A stretch of DNA of 63,590 nt, the filler included, from an uncultured Gemmatimonadota bacterium (lineage in GTDB: Bacteria; Blakebacterota; Blakebacteria; Blakebacterales; Blakebacteraceae), in NCBI GenBank assembly GCA_964576115.1. It is 22 parts of 22 records of this genome, joined end to end, with 100 filler letters (N's around TTAATTAATTAA, not from the genome) between each part and the next. Parts side by side here need not be neighbours in the genome. Positions count along the whole stretch, not along the records: positions 39,409 to 42,273 come from CAZNUA010000127.1; positions 42,374 to 45,232 come from CAZNUA010000128.1; positions 45,333 to 47,802 come from CAZNUA010000129.1; positions 47,903 to 50,365 come from CAZNUA010000130.1; positions 50,466 to 52,895 come from CAZNUA010000131.1; positions 52,996 to 55,396 come from CAZNUA010000132.1; 16 more parts are not named here. The stretch is one strand, 5' to 3'. Shown here piece by piece: positions 42,084 through 53,757 of this stretch. The translations under genes and the position numbers were made by a program. The notes below the pieces were generated by a model that worked only from the letters and a program-made list of their open reading frames with translations, did not search any database and was not told the DNA's origin. The first letter of the stretch is position 1; each line of letters opens with the position of its first letter.

Positions 42084-42373
42084 CGCCGGACTCCTTTCTA
42101 CCTGCCGTCGATTGTATCGGTGCCGCCGGTCCGCGTCCCAGGGTATTTCCGCCGGGAGCTTTGACCTGCTACTCTGGACACCGGGGTGTCGACGCCCTCA
42201 CGAAGCCGGAGTCGCTAAATGAGCCGAACCCATGCTGTTACCCGCCGTCGCTTCGTACGTACTGCCTCGGCCGNNNNNNNNNNNNNNNNNNNNNNNNNNN
42301 NNNNNNNNNNNNNNNNNTTAATTAATTAANNNNNNNNNNNNNNNNNNNNNNNNNNNNNNNNNNNNNNNNNNNN

Positions 42374-42447
42374 TCGGCGAGGAGACCGAGAATTGGGACA
42401 CCGTGGTCGGAGCGATCACGCGTGTTCTGGAGATATCGTCGTCATGA
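42374..42447 (+). CDS. C-terminal end of a PadR-family regulator
   Basis: GEETENWDTVVGAITRVLEISSS* immediately before an ADOP permease. Confidence 0.6.
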
Positions 42448-42508
42448 CACGCAGAAAGCGGTTTATGACAGGGTTGGTGACAGGAGCAGGTGAAAAAGGA
42501 GCACGGCG

Positions 42509-45133
42509 ATGCGAAGTATTTCCCGTCTGATTAGCGTTGTCAGGAGAATGCGCAACCGGGAGATGGTTGAGGGGGAACTCGACGATGAAATCCGGGCTTG
42601 GATCGATATGCGCACAGCCCAGCTGATCGAAAGCGGTTTTTCCGCCGACCAGGCCCGCCGTCGGGCACGGCTCGAGCTCGGCGGGGTCGAGCAGGTGAAG
42701 GAAGATGTGCGGCGGGAACGGGCCGGTTCTCTCCTCGAGGAGTTCGCGCGGGATATGCGCCACACACTGCGCTCACTGCGTACCGAACCGGGGTATGCCC
42801 TCGTTGTGATCATGATTCTGGCGCTCGGTATCGGCGCCACCTCGGCTCTCTTCAGCCTGGTGGATCGCGATCCGCCCTTCACCGAACATGAGCGGCTCGT
42901 CATCGGTCGCGCGACATGGAACGGCAACCTCGCCAGCGGGTGGGTATCGCGGGTGGATTACTACGACTTTCTCGATCAGAACCGCACGTTCGAGAACCTG
43001 GCCCTGCTGACCGATTTTACCCAGCCCTTCCCGATGATCACCGAGGGAGAACCGAGCCTGATCGAGGTCGGCTGGGTGACCTGGAACCTCTTCGAAACTC
43101 TGGGTGTCGAACCCCTTCTCGGACGGCTCTACCGACCCGAAGAGGCCGAACCGGGTACCCCGCCGGTGGTGATGGTCAGCTACAGGTGCTGGCAGAGCCG
43201 CTTCGGCGGTTCTCCCGATCTGGTCGGTTCCACCATCCAGGTGGCCGGTGCGCCGATCACTGTTATCGGCATTCTCCCCTCCGACTATCACTTCTTTGCC
43301 GAGGCCGATCTCTGGAGCCTGATCAACCGCGAGGGGCCGTGGGATACCTCGCGCGGCTCGCACAGCCATGCCGTCGTCGGGCGCCTCGCCGGCGGGGTGA
43401 CGCTGGAGCAGGCTCAGGCCGAGCTGAGTACCATCGCCCGGGTTCTGGCTCAGGAGTATCCCGACACCAACGAGGGCAAGGGGATCGCCCTCATCCCCCT
43501 GCGTTCCTTCCTGATGTTCAATATCCGAGCCGTTCTTTTCACCCTTCTGGCGGCAACGGCTCTGGTTCTGCTGATCGCCTGCGGCAACGTCGCCGGGCTC
43601 TTCCTGGCCCGGGGGCAGAAGCGGCTGCCCGAACTCGCTGTCCGGTCGGCCCTGGGAGCCGGCCGGGGGCGTCTGGTCCGGCAGCTGCTGACCGAGAGTG
43701 TCTGCCTGACTGCCTGTGCGGGAGTGCTCGGGATCGCCCTCGCCTGGCTGCTGCTGCGCCTGATCCTGCAGCTGCCCTCATTCGGTTACCCCGGACTCGA
43801 GCCGCCCCGTATCAACGGTGATGTTCTTCTCTTTGCACTCGCACTTGCGCTCGTGACCGGACTGGTAGTGGGGATCATCCCGGCCCTGCGGGTCTCGGGC
43901 TCAGATCTCAGCCGCAGAATCGGCACGGGCGTGAGAACCTCGGAGCATCGGCGAAGTACCCGCCTGCGCAGCGGCTTCGTCATCGGGCAGGTTGCGCTCT
44001 CGGTGGTTCTGCTCGTCGTCACCGGTCTGCTCATAACCAGTCTTACCCGCCTGGCCCGGGTCGATCCGGGCTTCGATGCCGACAATCTCTTCACCTTCGG
44101 CCTGCAGGTGTCGCCGGCTGACTATCCCGATCCGGAGCAGCGCCGGCAGTTCTATGACGAACTGCTCGGGCGCATCCGGACTCTTCCGGGAGTCGAAGAT
44201 GCCACCATGATCAACAAGGTGCCGGTGCGGCACCCGTATCAGGACTGGGGGGTATATCCTCTCTCGGGTTCCGAGGTCCAGACCGATGCCGGAGTCAGTT
44301 CCCTGGCGCGCTGGGTTCCCCCGGGGTACTTCGCAACGATGCGCATGCCCCTGCTCGAAGGTCGGGATTTCAATGAGGCTGATGTCAGTGGGGGAGGACT
44401 CAAGATCATCCTGAGCGAAGATACCGCCCGCCGGCTCTTCCCCGACGGCGATGCCATCGGCCAGCTGGTCACGATCGACTTCACCGACGGGGCGTTCCTC
44501 GAAGTCATCGGTATCGTCGGCGACGGACGTCTCAACGGGATCACCAGCGATCCCTTCCGGGCGATGTACATGACCTATGCTTATATGCCTTCGACCCGGA
44601 TGCAGATCGTGGTGCGGGCCGAACGCAATGCCGCCGCTCTCGCCGCACCGATCCGCGGGATCGTGCGCGGGATGGACCGCACCATCCCGCTCGATTCTTC
44701 CACGACCCTCGAGGCGGTCATCTCCGAACAGCTCGGTCCCTTCCGGATCGCGATCCTCGCCCTGAGTCTCTTCGCCCTGCTGGCGATCGTGCTGGCGGCG
44801 ATCGGTCTCTACGGCGTGCTGGCTTTCCACGTGCGCCAGCGCAGCCGGGAACTGGGGATACGCATGGTCTTCGGAGCCGGGCGGGGCGACATCATCGGCC
44901 GGGTCCTGCGGCAGGGATACCTGCTGGTTCTGATCGGGATGGTGGTGGGGCTGGTCGGGGCCGGGTTCGGCGCCGGCCTGCTCCGGCAGATCCTCTTTCA
45001 GACCAGCGCCCTCGAGCCGGTCACCTATCTCATGGCTGCTGCGTTCTTTGCCGCGGTGGCTTTCGTGGCTTGTCTCGTGCCGGCCTCGCGCACGGCCCGC
45101 ATCGACCCGGTCGAGAGCCTGCGGGCGGAGTAG
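42509..45133 (+). CDS. ADOP-like duplicated ABC permease with permease-prefix domain
   Basis: ELDDEI...ARRRARLELGGVEQVKE prefix, ACGNVAGL, RELGIRMVFGA, IDPVESLRAE. Confidence 0.93.
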   Translation: MRSISRLISVVRRMRNREMVEGELDDEIRAWIDMRTAQLIESGFSADQARRRARLELGGVEQVKEDVRRERAGSLLEEFARDMRHTLRSLRTEPGYALVVIMILALGIGATSALFSLVDRDPPFTEHERLVIGRATWNGNLASGWVSRVDYYDFLDQNRTFENLALLTDFTQPFPMITEGEPSLIEVGWVTWNLFETLGVEPLLGRLYRPEEAEPGTPPVVMVSYRCWQSRFGGSPDLVGSTIQVAGAPITVIGILPSDYHFFAEADLWSLINREGPWDTSRGSHSHAVVGRLAGGVTLEQAQAELSTIARVLAQEYPDTNEGKGIALIPLRSFLMFNIRAVLFTLLAATALVLLIACGNVAGLFLARGQKRLPELAVRSALGAGRGRLVRQLLTESVCLTACAGVLGIALAWLLLRLILQLPSFGYPGLEPPRINGDVLLFALALALVTGLVVGIIPALRVSGSDLSRRIGTGVRTSEHRRSTRLRSGFVIGQVALSVVLLVVTGLLITSLTRLARVDPGFDADNLFTFGLQVSPADYPDPEQRRQFYDELLGRIRTLPGVEDATMINKVPVRHPYQDWGVYPLSGSEVQTDAGVSSLARWVPPGYFATMRMPLLEGRDFNEADVSGGGLKIILSEDTARRLFPDGDAIGQLVTIDFTDGAFLEVIGIVGDGRLNGITSDPFRAMYMTYAYMPSTRMQIVVRAERNAAALAAPIRGIVRGMDRTIPLDSSTTLEAVISEQLGPFRIAILALSLFALLAIVLAAIGLYGVLAFHVRQRSRELGIRMVFGAGRGDIIGRVLRQGYLLVLIGMVVGLVGAGFGAGLLRQILFQTSALEPVTYLMAAAFFAAVAFVACLVPASRTARIDPVESLRAE

Positions 45134-45332
45134 GGCAAACACTCAGCCGGCGGTTGTTGATCGGGATCATGGAAAGAAATCCGGCACCCTGCCTCGGAAC
45201 ATGGTGTAGGTGAAGAAGGCACAGTAGTCGGGNNNNNNNNNNNNNNNNNNNNNNNNNNNNNNNNNNNNNNNNNNNNTTAATTAATTAANNNNNNNNNNNN
45301 NNNNNNNNNNNNNNNNNNNNNNNNNNNNNNNN

Positions 45333-46947
45333 CCAGGACGGTGATCTCCGAACCGGCGAAGAGATCGGGCAGTTCGGCCGGATAGAGCTCGAAGTCCCCG
45401 GCTCCGGGGAAAGAGAGCTCCAGGTCGGTCAGCAGGGGCGTGCTGACCCCGCTGAAGAAAGCGCTGACTTTTTCTTCCAGATGCTCGTGCGGTTCCACGT
45501 AAGCACTCTGCCCCCCGTGCTCGGCGGCCAGACGATCGAGCAGGAAGGCGTTCACGTCATAGCCGACTCCCCAGGTGAAGAGGCGGACCGTACGGGGCAG
45601 ATCCCCGGCGGCCAGATCGAGCAGGGCGTCGGGATCGTCCTCGCCCACCGTCGGCAGGCCGTCGGTCAGGAAAATGACATAGGCCGGGTGCGATGAACCC
45701 CGACCGGCCGGACCGCGGCGGTTGTCGTTGTCCTCCAGGGCCTGGTGGGCCAGCCGCGCCGAGAGCTCCAGGGCTCCGGCGATGTTTGTTCCCCCCCCGG
45801 CCCGCAGGCGTCGAATGTACTCGCGCGCGGTGGCTACCGTGCGTCGATCGGCCGGGGCGATCCCCCTCCCCCAGTCAGCCACGGTGCTGTTGTAAGTCAC
45901 CACCGCGAAACGGTCCTCGGGGCCGAGAGTGCCGAGTCCGAAGTCGAGAGCTGCGACCGCCTGGGCAAGTTTGTTGTCGCCCTCCATCGAACCCGAGGTG
46001 TCGAGCACGAAGATGACGTCACGCGGCAAGCTGGTACGCCGGTGCCCGTCGGCGGGGGTGATGGTCAACAGAAACCAGCCGTCCTCGTGCGGCGGCCGGT
46101 GGGTCAGCAGGCTCAGACCGATCTCGTCGCGCTGGCCGGTATCGTAGTACAGCGCAAACCCTTCGCGGTCCCAGAGACTGCCCTCAGCCGAGAAACGGGC
46201 CCGGGTATTCTCGTCGGAATGCTCTACCGCCAGGGGGTGGGTGGGCGAGTAGATACTGCGCACCGGGTAGTCCTCATCGATCGTGCCCTCGACCACGAAG
46301 ACGGTGCGTCGATCCTCGCGGCGATGCTGTCGCGGCGGATCGTCGAGCACCGGCCTGATCCGGTCGGGTACTGCGGGGCGATCGCGCCGCATGATCAGGG
46401 GGCCGCCGACACCGCTGCGGCCCTGCCCGGTCAGGTAGCGGAACACCCGGTAGTCGCCCTCTCGCGGCAGGGACTGGGCCCACGAAAGATGCAGCTCCCG
46501 TTCTCCCCGCGGCTCGAAGGGGAAGATCCGCGCCCGGAAGACCCGGTGGCCGACCCACTCCATCAGGGCCGGATCGCGAATCCTCCTGACGATATCGAGA
46601 TAGATCGAACGGGCCCGCTCGGCGCTGAGCACCTCGCCTCGCACCGGTTCGCCGTTCATGGTCAGGCGGAAATCGGTGACGGTCGCCCCCTCGGGCAGGG
46701 GAAAGAGATAGATCCCTTCGGCCCGCCAGGGATTGGGGTTGGCGAAGGTCTGGTGCAGAACAGCATGGGCGACACCCTCGCGGATCTCGATCGAGAGTTC
46801 GGAGGCCGTCAGGTATATGGCGTGGTGATCGGGGTGATCAGGGTGGGCGACGAGATGGACCTGCTGGGCGCGGCCGGTGACGGGAAGGACCGCGGCGAGC
46901 GCGAACGCCAGAGCGGCGGCGCTCTTCATCCTGTTCCGGTTTTGCAT
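45333..46947 (-). CDS. Secreted VIT + von Willebrand factor A domain protein, 3'-truncated
   Basis: EGIYLFPLP (VIT), DTSGS MIDAS motif, GGTNI, FLTDGLPTVG. Confidence 0.92.
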
Positions 46948-47208
46948 GATACTGCCCTCCACGTGCGGCCCGGCCGGCGCTCCTCGACTCCGGGCGGGAT
47001 CCGCATCGTCTGGCAGCTCACGCTCTGCCCTCACTCTGTATTCATCCAACGAACCCGAATCCGGATAGTTCATTCAAAATGATTCCGGCCGGGAAACCGG
47101 AACGGTGACATCTCCGTGCCAAGGTGTGAGTGGTGAGACGGACGGGCGTTGATTACTATGTGCACCTGTCCGGACGAACGAGGGAGACACAAGAAGGAGC
47201 TGACGTTC

Positions 47209-47802
47209 ATGCTGAAGATCCCGGTACGCTTCGGGACCGGCCTGGCGGCGGGTGCGCTCATCGCCGCGACCGCAGCCGCTCCGGTCCAGACCCAGCAGGA
47301 CCGGTATGCCGATTATCTCACCTACGAGCAGCTCACGAGCGCCCTGCGCACGATCACCGGTAACTCCGACGGGGTGGCCACCATGGCCCCGCTGGCGACC
47401 ACCGCGCAGGGGCGCGAGATCTGGCTGGTGACGATCGGTTCGACCGACGCCGGGCGCCGCACCGAAAATCCGGCCGTACTCGTGGTCGCCAACCTGGAAG
47501 GAAACCACCTGATCGGAAGCAGTGCAGCTCTGCACCTGGCCGAGGAGCTCATTACGAGACAGGCCGAGGACAGCGCCGTTGCCGAGCTGATTGCTACGAC
47601 CACCTTCTACATCATCCCCCGCCTCAACCCCGATTCCGCCGAACTGGTCTGGAACCTGCCCGAACACGAACTGCCCTGGAAAACGGATCCCGAAGACGAC
47701 GATCGGGACGGCGAAGCGGACGAGGATCCCGGGGACGATCTGAACGACGACGGGTGGGTGACCCTGATGCGGGTGCGCGATCCCGAAGGGATCTGGATGG
47801 TC
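47209..47802 (+). CDS. M14-family carboxypeptidase-like protein, 3'-truncated
   Basis: TAQGREIW, YIIPRLNPD, Asp-rich DDDRDG...DLNDDG loops; zinc motif region reads NLEGNH. Confidence 0.78.
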
Positions 47803-47902
47803 NNNNNNNNNNNNNNNNNNNNNNNNNNNNNNNNNNNNNNNNNNNNTTAATTAATTAANNNNNNNNNNNNNNNNNNNNNNNNNNNNNNNNNNNNNNNNNN
47901 NN

Positions 47903-48858
47903 CGGGCGGTGTAGCCGCCCCGGTAGGCGGGCGGGGTGTCGGGGCCGTCGAAGACCCACCACATGTAGCCGTAACCGAACTCCCCTCCGCGGTAGTGGTC
48001 TGGATTCATCTCGTCATACGGCGTCACCACGCTCACGATCCGGCGGGCCCAGTCGCGCGGAATGACCTGGCGGCCGGCCCAGTTCCCCTCATGCAGCATG
48101 CACAGCCCGATCCGGGCCATATCGCGGGTGGAGAGGGTCATGTGGTAGGCCAGGTAGCGGGAGCTGCGCATGTTGCCCGATTTGCGGTGGATGTCGCGGT
48201 TCCAGTCCTGGAAACCGAGGGGGCGGGCGAGTATGAATCCCAGCATGTCGTAAATGTTCCGCCCGGTGGTGAGCTCGAAGCAGAAACCTGCGCAGTTGAA
48301 ATCCCAGTTGTTGTAGAGGAAGTAGGCTCCGGGCTGCTGCGAGCCGCGGGGGGGTGCGTCGGCCAGGTTGTCTCCCGAGTTCGAAGCCGGGTGATAGATC
48401 CCCGAGCGGGCGGTGATGAGGTTCTCGATGGTGGCCTCCTTCTCGATCTCGAGCAGGCCTCCGTTGTCGTCGATGTAGAGATCGCGCAGGGTCAGCGAGA
48501 GATCGATGGTGCCGTCCTCGACGAAGCGGCCGTAGAGCATGGCCAGCACACTCTTGCGGCACGAGGCCAGGTAGGTGAGGGTGTCGAGATCGCCGTATTC
48601 GACAAGTACCCGGCCGCCGACTGCCACCATCAAGGCGGTGGTGTCCAGCGTCTCGAGATAGGCGGGGAGTTCGGCCAGCCGGGTGGCGTCATAGCCCGCG
48701 TCGGCCGGATCGGCGATCCGTTCCCATTCCGCTCCGGGGAAAACCGCCTGCTGGGCGGTGACCGGCAGGGATGCAACCAGCCCCAGGCAGATGATGAAGG
48801 TAACCGCGTGCAGCCCGCGGTGACCCCGGCGTCGGACGATATCTTTCACTGAACTCAT
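47903..48858 (-). CDS. Serine hydrolase (class C beta-lactamase/NylB-like), 3'-truncated
   Basis: SCRK, YNN, RDMARIG, GYGYMWW; paralog of 1751..2656. Confidence 0.88.
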
Positions 48859-49050
48859 GATCGGACCTTTCCTCTCAGGCCTGTATCAAGCACGAAACTC
48901 ACCCCTGTCTTATCACCGCCGGGCACTCACGGGGAACCCGAATCCAACCGCCGGAAACAGAAATCCGGTTTCATGCTCGGCCTGAATCGATAATCTTGTT
49001 TACATTGCCGCCCGGGACATGACGGCTCGACATCACGCAGAAAGGGCATC

Positions 49051-50184
49051 GTGGAATCCAGAACGCACATGATGCAGGGGAACCAGGCGGTGGCCGAAGG
49101 GGCTATCGACGCGGGTTGCCGGTTCTTCGCCGGTTACCCCATCACCCCCTCATCCGAGATCGCCGAACATCTCGCCCGCCGACTCCCTGAGATCGGCGGG
49201 CGTTTCATGCAGATGGAGGACGAGATCGCCGCCATGGGAGCGGTGATCGGCGCCTCGCTGGGCGGCAAGAAAACCATGACCGCCACCAGCGGTCCGGGCT
49301 TTTCTCTCAAACAGGAGAACATCGGCTTCGCCGCCATCACCGAAGTGCCGGTCGTGATCGTCAATGTGATGCGCGGCGGGCCCTCGACCGGCCTGCCGAC
49401 GCTGCCGGCCCAGGGTGATGTGATGCAGGCCCGCTGGGGTCCCCACGGCGATCACCCCGTCATCGTGCTGGCCCCGGCCGGGGTCCGCGAGGCCTACGAC
49501 ATGACCATACGGGCCTTCAATCTGAGCGAAACCTACCGGGTGCCTGTCATCCTGCTGCTCGACGAGATCATCGGCCACGTGCACGAGAAGGTGATTCTGC
49601 CCGATCCCGCCACCCTCGATATCAGGGACCGCAAGAAACCGAGCGTACCTCCCGAAGAGTACCTGCCGTACGAGATCGACGAGACCATGATCCCGGCCAT
49701 GGCCAACTTCGGGGAGGGTTACCGCTATCACGTAACCGGCCTGGTACACGACCAGACGGGTTTTCCCACCAACAAGACCGACCAGATCAACGCTTTCCTG
49801 ATGCGGCTGAACACCAAGCTCGACCGTTACCGCGACGATATCGTCCAGGTGGAACGGACCGATCTCGACGACGCCCGGGTGGCCGTGATCACTTTCGGTT
49901 CGAGCGCCCGCAGCGCCCGTCAGGCCGTCCGGGCGGCCCGGGCCGAAGAGCTGCCGGTGGGGATGCTGCGGATCCAGACCCTCTGGCCCTTCCCGACCGA
50001 GGAGATCCGGGCCCTGCGGGGTCAGATCACGCACGCCATCGTGCCCGAACTCAACCTCGGACAGGTGGCTCACGAGGTCGAACACGCCCTTGGGTGCGAT
50101 GTCGACGTGGTACGCATCAACCGGATCTCGGGTGACCCGATCCCCCCCGACGAGATCCTCGAGACGATCAGGAAGGTGGTGTAG
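49051..50184 (+). CDS. korA: 2-oxoacid:ferredoxin oxidoreductase alpha subunit
   Basis: GYPITPSSE, QMEDE, TSGPG, RGGPSTGLPT. Confidence 0.93.
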   Translation: MESRTHMMQGNQAVAEGAIDAGCRFFAGYPITPSSEIAEHLARRLPEIGGRFMQMEDEIAAMGAVIGASLGGKKTMTATSGPGFSLKQENIGFAAITEVPVVIVNVMRGGPSTGLPTLPAQGDVMQARWGPHGDHPVIVLAPAGVREAYDMTIRAFNLSETYRVPVILLLDEIIGHVHEKVILPDPATLDIRDRKKPSVPPEEYLPYEIDETMIPAMANFGEGYRYHVTGLVHDQTGFPTNKTDQINAFLMRLNTKLDRYRDDIVQVERTDLDDARVAVITFGSSARSARQAVRAARAEELPVGMLRIQTLWPFPTEEIRALRGQITHAIVPELNLGQVAHEVEHALGCDVDVVRINRISGDPIPPDEILETIRKVV

Positions 50185-50186
50185 AC

Positions 50187-50365
50187 ATGAATTACCTGCC
50201 TTACCTGCGCCAGGACAAGTTCCCGCACATCTGGTGCTCGGGGTGCGGCGCCGGGGTGGCCACCAAGGCGATCCTGCGGGCCATCCACAACCGCGGTCTG
50301 GATCAGAACCAGGTGGCGATGGTCTCGGGCATCGGCTGCTCGTCGCGGACCACCGGGTATGTGGA
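50187..50365 (+). CDS. korB: 2-oxoacid:ferredoxin oxidoreductase beta subunit, 3'-truncated
   Basis: WCSGCG and SGIGCSSR motifs. Confidence 0.9.
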
Positions 50366-50465
50366 NNNNNNNNNNNNNNNNNNNNNNNNNNNNNNNNNNN
50401 NNNNNNNNNTTAATTAATTAANNNNNNNNNNNNNNNNNNNNNNNNNNNNNNNNNNNNNNNNNNNN

Positions 50466-52782
50466 AGGTGATCCGGAGATGATCGGACATGGTCCGGGCA
50501 TCGAAGAGGGTGATGTTCTCGTTGATGGCTCGCAGCTCGGCCCGCAGGCGGGAGATGAGCAGGCCCGGATCGCCGTCGGTCCTGGCCACCAGCGTCGCCA
50601 TCGGTTCGTAGTGCTGGTTCGCGGGCAGATAGAACCAGGGTTCGGGCCGCTCCGGATCCATCGAGAAATTGGACATGTCCGCGACAACCCCGATGACCTC
50701 CAGCGACCGGGTTTCGCCGAACTCCCCGGCCAGCAGTCGCCGGCCGACGGGATCGGGTATCCCCCAGATCTGCCGGGCCAGGGCTTCGCTCACGACCGCG
50801 ACGGCCGGAGCCGAACGGCTGTCACGATCCGAAAAAGTACGACCGTGCAGGAACTCCAGACCGAGGGTCGAGAAAAAGGTCTCTGACACTATGCTGTAGC
50901 CCACCTCCTCGGGCTCTTCCGCTTCCGTTTCGGCTCCGGGGCCGGTGGCCGGCTCCAATCCTTCTCCCCGGACCGGGACGTGATCGCCGGCATTCCAGAG
51001 ACCGAAGGGGATCCGGGAGGTCCAGGCGGCCTCGGTCACCTCCGGCAGAGCCCGCACTCGCCCGAGGTAGGAATCGAAGAACGTCTGTCCCGCCGCTTCC
51101 TCCAGATGACCGCCCAGGGAAGCATCGAGGACGGCGATGGCGAGCCGTTCGGCATCGAAACCCAGATCTGCCCGGCGGCGGAGCCCGAAGCTGCGCATGA
51201 AGAGACCGGCCCCCACCAGCAGAACCAGCGAAACCGTCACCTGGGCTACGATGAAGGCGTTCCGGGTTCCGAAGCGTTCCCGGCCGGCGGTGTGGAAGGC
51301 GGCACTGTCCTTCAGGACCGCGACCAGGTCGGGTTTCGAGGCCTTGAGGGCGGGTGTGAGTCCGAAGATGAGACCGGTCGCAACCGAGAGGGCCAGCGTG
51401 AAGAGCAGGACGGTCGAGTCGATTGCGAAATCGAACGAGGTCGGCACCGGGAGCGGCAGCCGGGTCGAGACGACCGCTCCCGCGATCCCGAAAGCCACGG
51501 CGATCCCGAACAGGCCTCCCAGGACAGCCAGCAGAATGCTTTCTGTGAGCAGTTGTCCGATCAGCCGGCCCCGACTGGCGCCCATCGACAGGCGCACGGC
51601 GATCTCCTGCTGCCGGGCCGAAGCCTGCAGAAGCAGGAAACCGGCCAGATTGGAGCAGGCCACCAGCAGGACCAGCCCGACCACGATCATCAGGAAGCCG
51701 GAGACCGGGGCGAGGATCCGGTCCATACGGGGATCGAGCCGGACCTCGTTCATCCGGTACAGAGCGATACCCCGTCCCGCGTTCGTTTCGGGGTACTCCT
51801 CGGCCAGGGTGGCGGTGATCACCTCCAGCTCGGTCCGGGCCTGTTCCAGGGTCGTCCCGGGCCGGAGCCGGCCGAAGATGTTGTACTCGCGGATGTCCCG
51901 ATGCCCCGACCAGTGGTGACCCGGATCGACGCGGTCGGCACTCCCCCAGGGGAGCCAGTAGTCGATCATGAAACCCAGAAAACCGCCGTTGAAATCCTTC
52001 GGTCCCACTCCCACCACCGTCACGGGATGTCCGTTGAGCCGGATTGTCTGCCCGACGATAGCCGGATCGGAACCATGCCTCCGGTGCCAGGCATCATAAC
52101 TGACGATGGCCACCGGGGGGGTCGCACCCGGTACATCTTCTTCGGGCAGGAAGGACCGTCCGAGAAGAGGAGAGACCTGCATGACCTCGAAGAAATTTGC
52201 AGAATAGTAGGCACTCATGACCGATTCGGCGCCTGTGTCGGTCAGCAGGCTCAGCAGCTGGATATCTCCCTCGGCGGCCAGCCCCGAAAAGACGGTGCTG
52301 CGCTCCCGGTAGTCGAGGAAGTCGGGGTAGCTGTTCCACTCCGGCTCCCCCGATTCGGGAATGACCGAGTAGATCCGGATCAGGGTGTCGGGATCGCCGC
52401 AGGGGATCGACTGGATGAGCAGGCTGTTCACCACGCTGAAGATGGCCGTGTTTGCCCCGATGCCCAACCCCATGACCAGCACCGCCACAAGCGTGAAACC
52501 GGGATTGGTGACCAGGTGACGCAGGGCGTATTTCAGGTTCTGTCCCGCGTTGATAAGCAGGCGCACCCCCCTTTCGTCGCGCACCTGCTGCTTGCGCCGT
52601 TCCAGGCCCCCGAAATCACGCAGGGCTTCGGTACGGGCTTCGTCGGGCTTCATCCCCCGCTCGACGTTCCGTTCAATCGCCGCCTCGAGGTGGAACTGCA
52701 GCTCCTCCTTCATCTCGGCCTCGAGTTCGCCATGTCGCAGCAGCGCCCGCAAACGCTCGCGGAGTCCTCTGAGAAAGGCCAT
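50466..52782 (-). CDS. ADOP-like duplicated ABC permease, 3'-truncated
   Basis: EELQFHLE...ALRDFGG prefix, ACSNLAG, EIAVRLSMGASR. Confidence 0.92.
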
Positions 52783-52785
52783 CGA

Positions 52786-52895
52786 CTACCCCTCCTGCCA
52801 GCCGGGTTCGAGCACGCGGTTGACCGCCCCCGAAACCCGTTCCCATTCCTGCATCGCCTTCTCGAGCTGCCGCTGCCCGGCACCGGTGATGCTGT
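52786..52895 (-). CDS. C-terminal part of a PadR-family regulator
   Basis: SITGAGQRQLEKAMQEWERVSGAVNRVLEPGWQEG*, 3 nt before the permease ATG. Confidence 0.75.
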
Positions 52896-53019
52896 NNNNN
52901 NNNNNNNNNNNNNNNNNNNNNNNNNNNNNNNNNNNNNNNTTAATTAATTAANNNNNNNNNNNNNNNNNNNNNNNNNNNNNNNNNNNNNNNNNNNNCATTC
53001 ATTTATGAGAGGTGATGCT

Positions 53020-53334
53020 GTGACGACTCTAAATGTGTCGCTTCCCGATTCGTTGCGTCGCTTTGTGGAAGAGCAGGTCGAACGGGGCGGTTTCAGTACG
53101 ACCAGTGAATACATCCGCCATCTCATCCGCCAGGCCCGGGAGTCCGAGGCCTTCGTTCGACTCGAGAACCTCCTGCTGGAGGGGTTGCACAGCGGACCCG
53201 CAGAACCGATAACCCGGTCCCAATGGGATGCCCTGCGTCTGCAAGTCGCTGAAGAAAGGGCGGAATACAGACCGGAGATTGACACTCAACGCGAAGGGGA
53301 AGGCACGGGAACGATCGAAACGGAATCAGAATGA
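53020..53334 (+). CDS. ParD-family (RHH) antitoxin
   Basis: LNVSLP..LRRFVEEQV..GGFST.SEYIRHLIR; overlaps the toxin start. Confidence 0.88.
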   Translation: MTTLNVSLPDSLRRFVEEQVERGGFSTTSEYIRHLIRQARESEAFVRLENLLLEGLHSGPAEPITRSQWDALRLQVAEERAEYRPEIDTQREGEGTGTIETESE

Positions 53335-53651
53335 ACGTGGCGGTCCTGTTTCGCCCCCGGGCTCGCGAAGACCTGGAAGCCCACGCTCTCTGGATTGCGC
53401 GCGAGAGCAGTGAGCGGGCACTGGCGTTCCTTGAAGCGGTAGAATCATCACTGCAGCACCTGAGCGCTTTTCCCGAACTGGGCACCTCTCGGGATTGGCT
53501 CGCCCCTCACTGCCGGGGGATCCGCTTCTTTCCTGTGCGGGGCTTCCCCCGCTATCTGCTTTTCTACCGACCTGTTGCAGACGGTCTCGAGGTGATTCGT
53601 ATCCTGCATGCGGCTCGTGATATCGGAGCGATTTTCTCCGAAGAACCCTGA
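53331..53651 (+). CDS. RelE/ParE-family toxin
   Basis: AREDL...L..FPELG...YLLFYR...LEVIRILHAARD. Confidence 0.9.
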   Translation: MNVAVLFRPRAREDLEAHALWIARESSERALAFLEAVESSLQHLSAFPELGTSRDWLAPHCRGIRFFPVRGFPRYLLFYRPVADGLEVIRILHAARDIGAIFSEEP

Positions 53652-53757
53652 GCCGGCATCAGGCCCCTCTGATCGAGGTTCTCCGGCTGGCGCCCGACCA
53701 GTGGAGCCGCTATGATCGGCGGTGAACGACGGGGCTTTGACAACAGGAGAGACTTCC

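Noticed and set aside
53020-53651. ParDE pair as a marker of a mobile element
   Set aside because: Ordinary type II toxin-antitoxin pair at a contig edge, with no integrase, transposase or att site on that contig.
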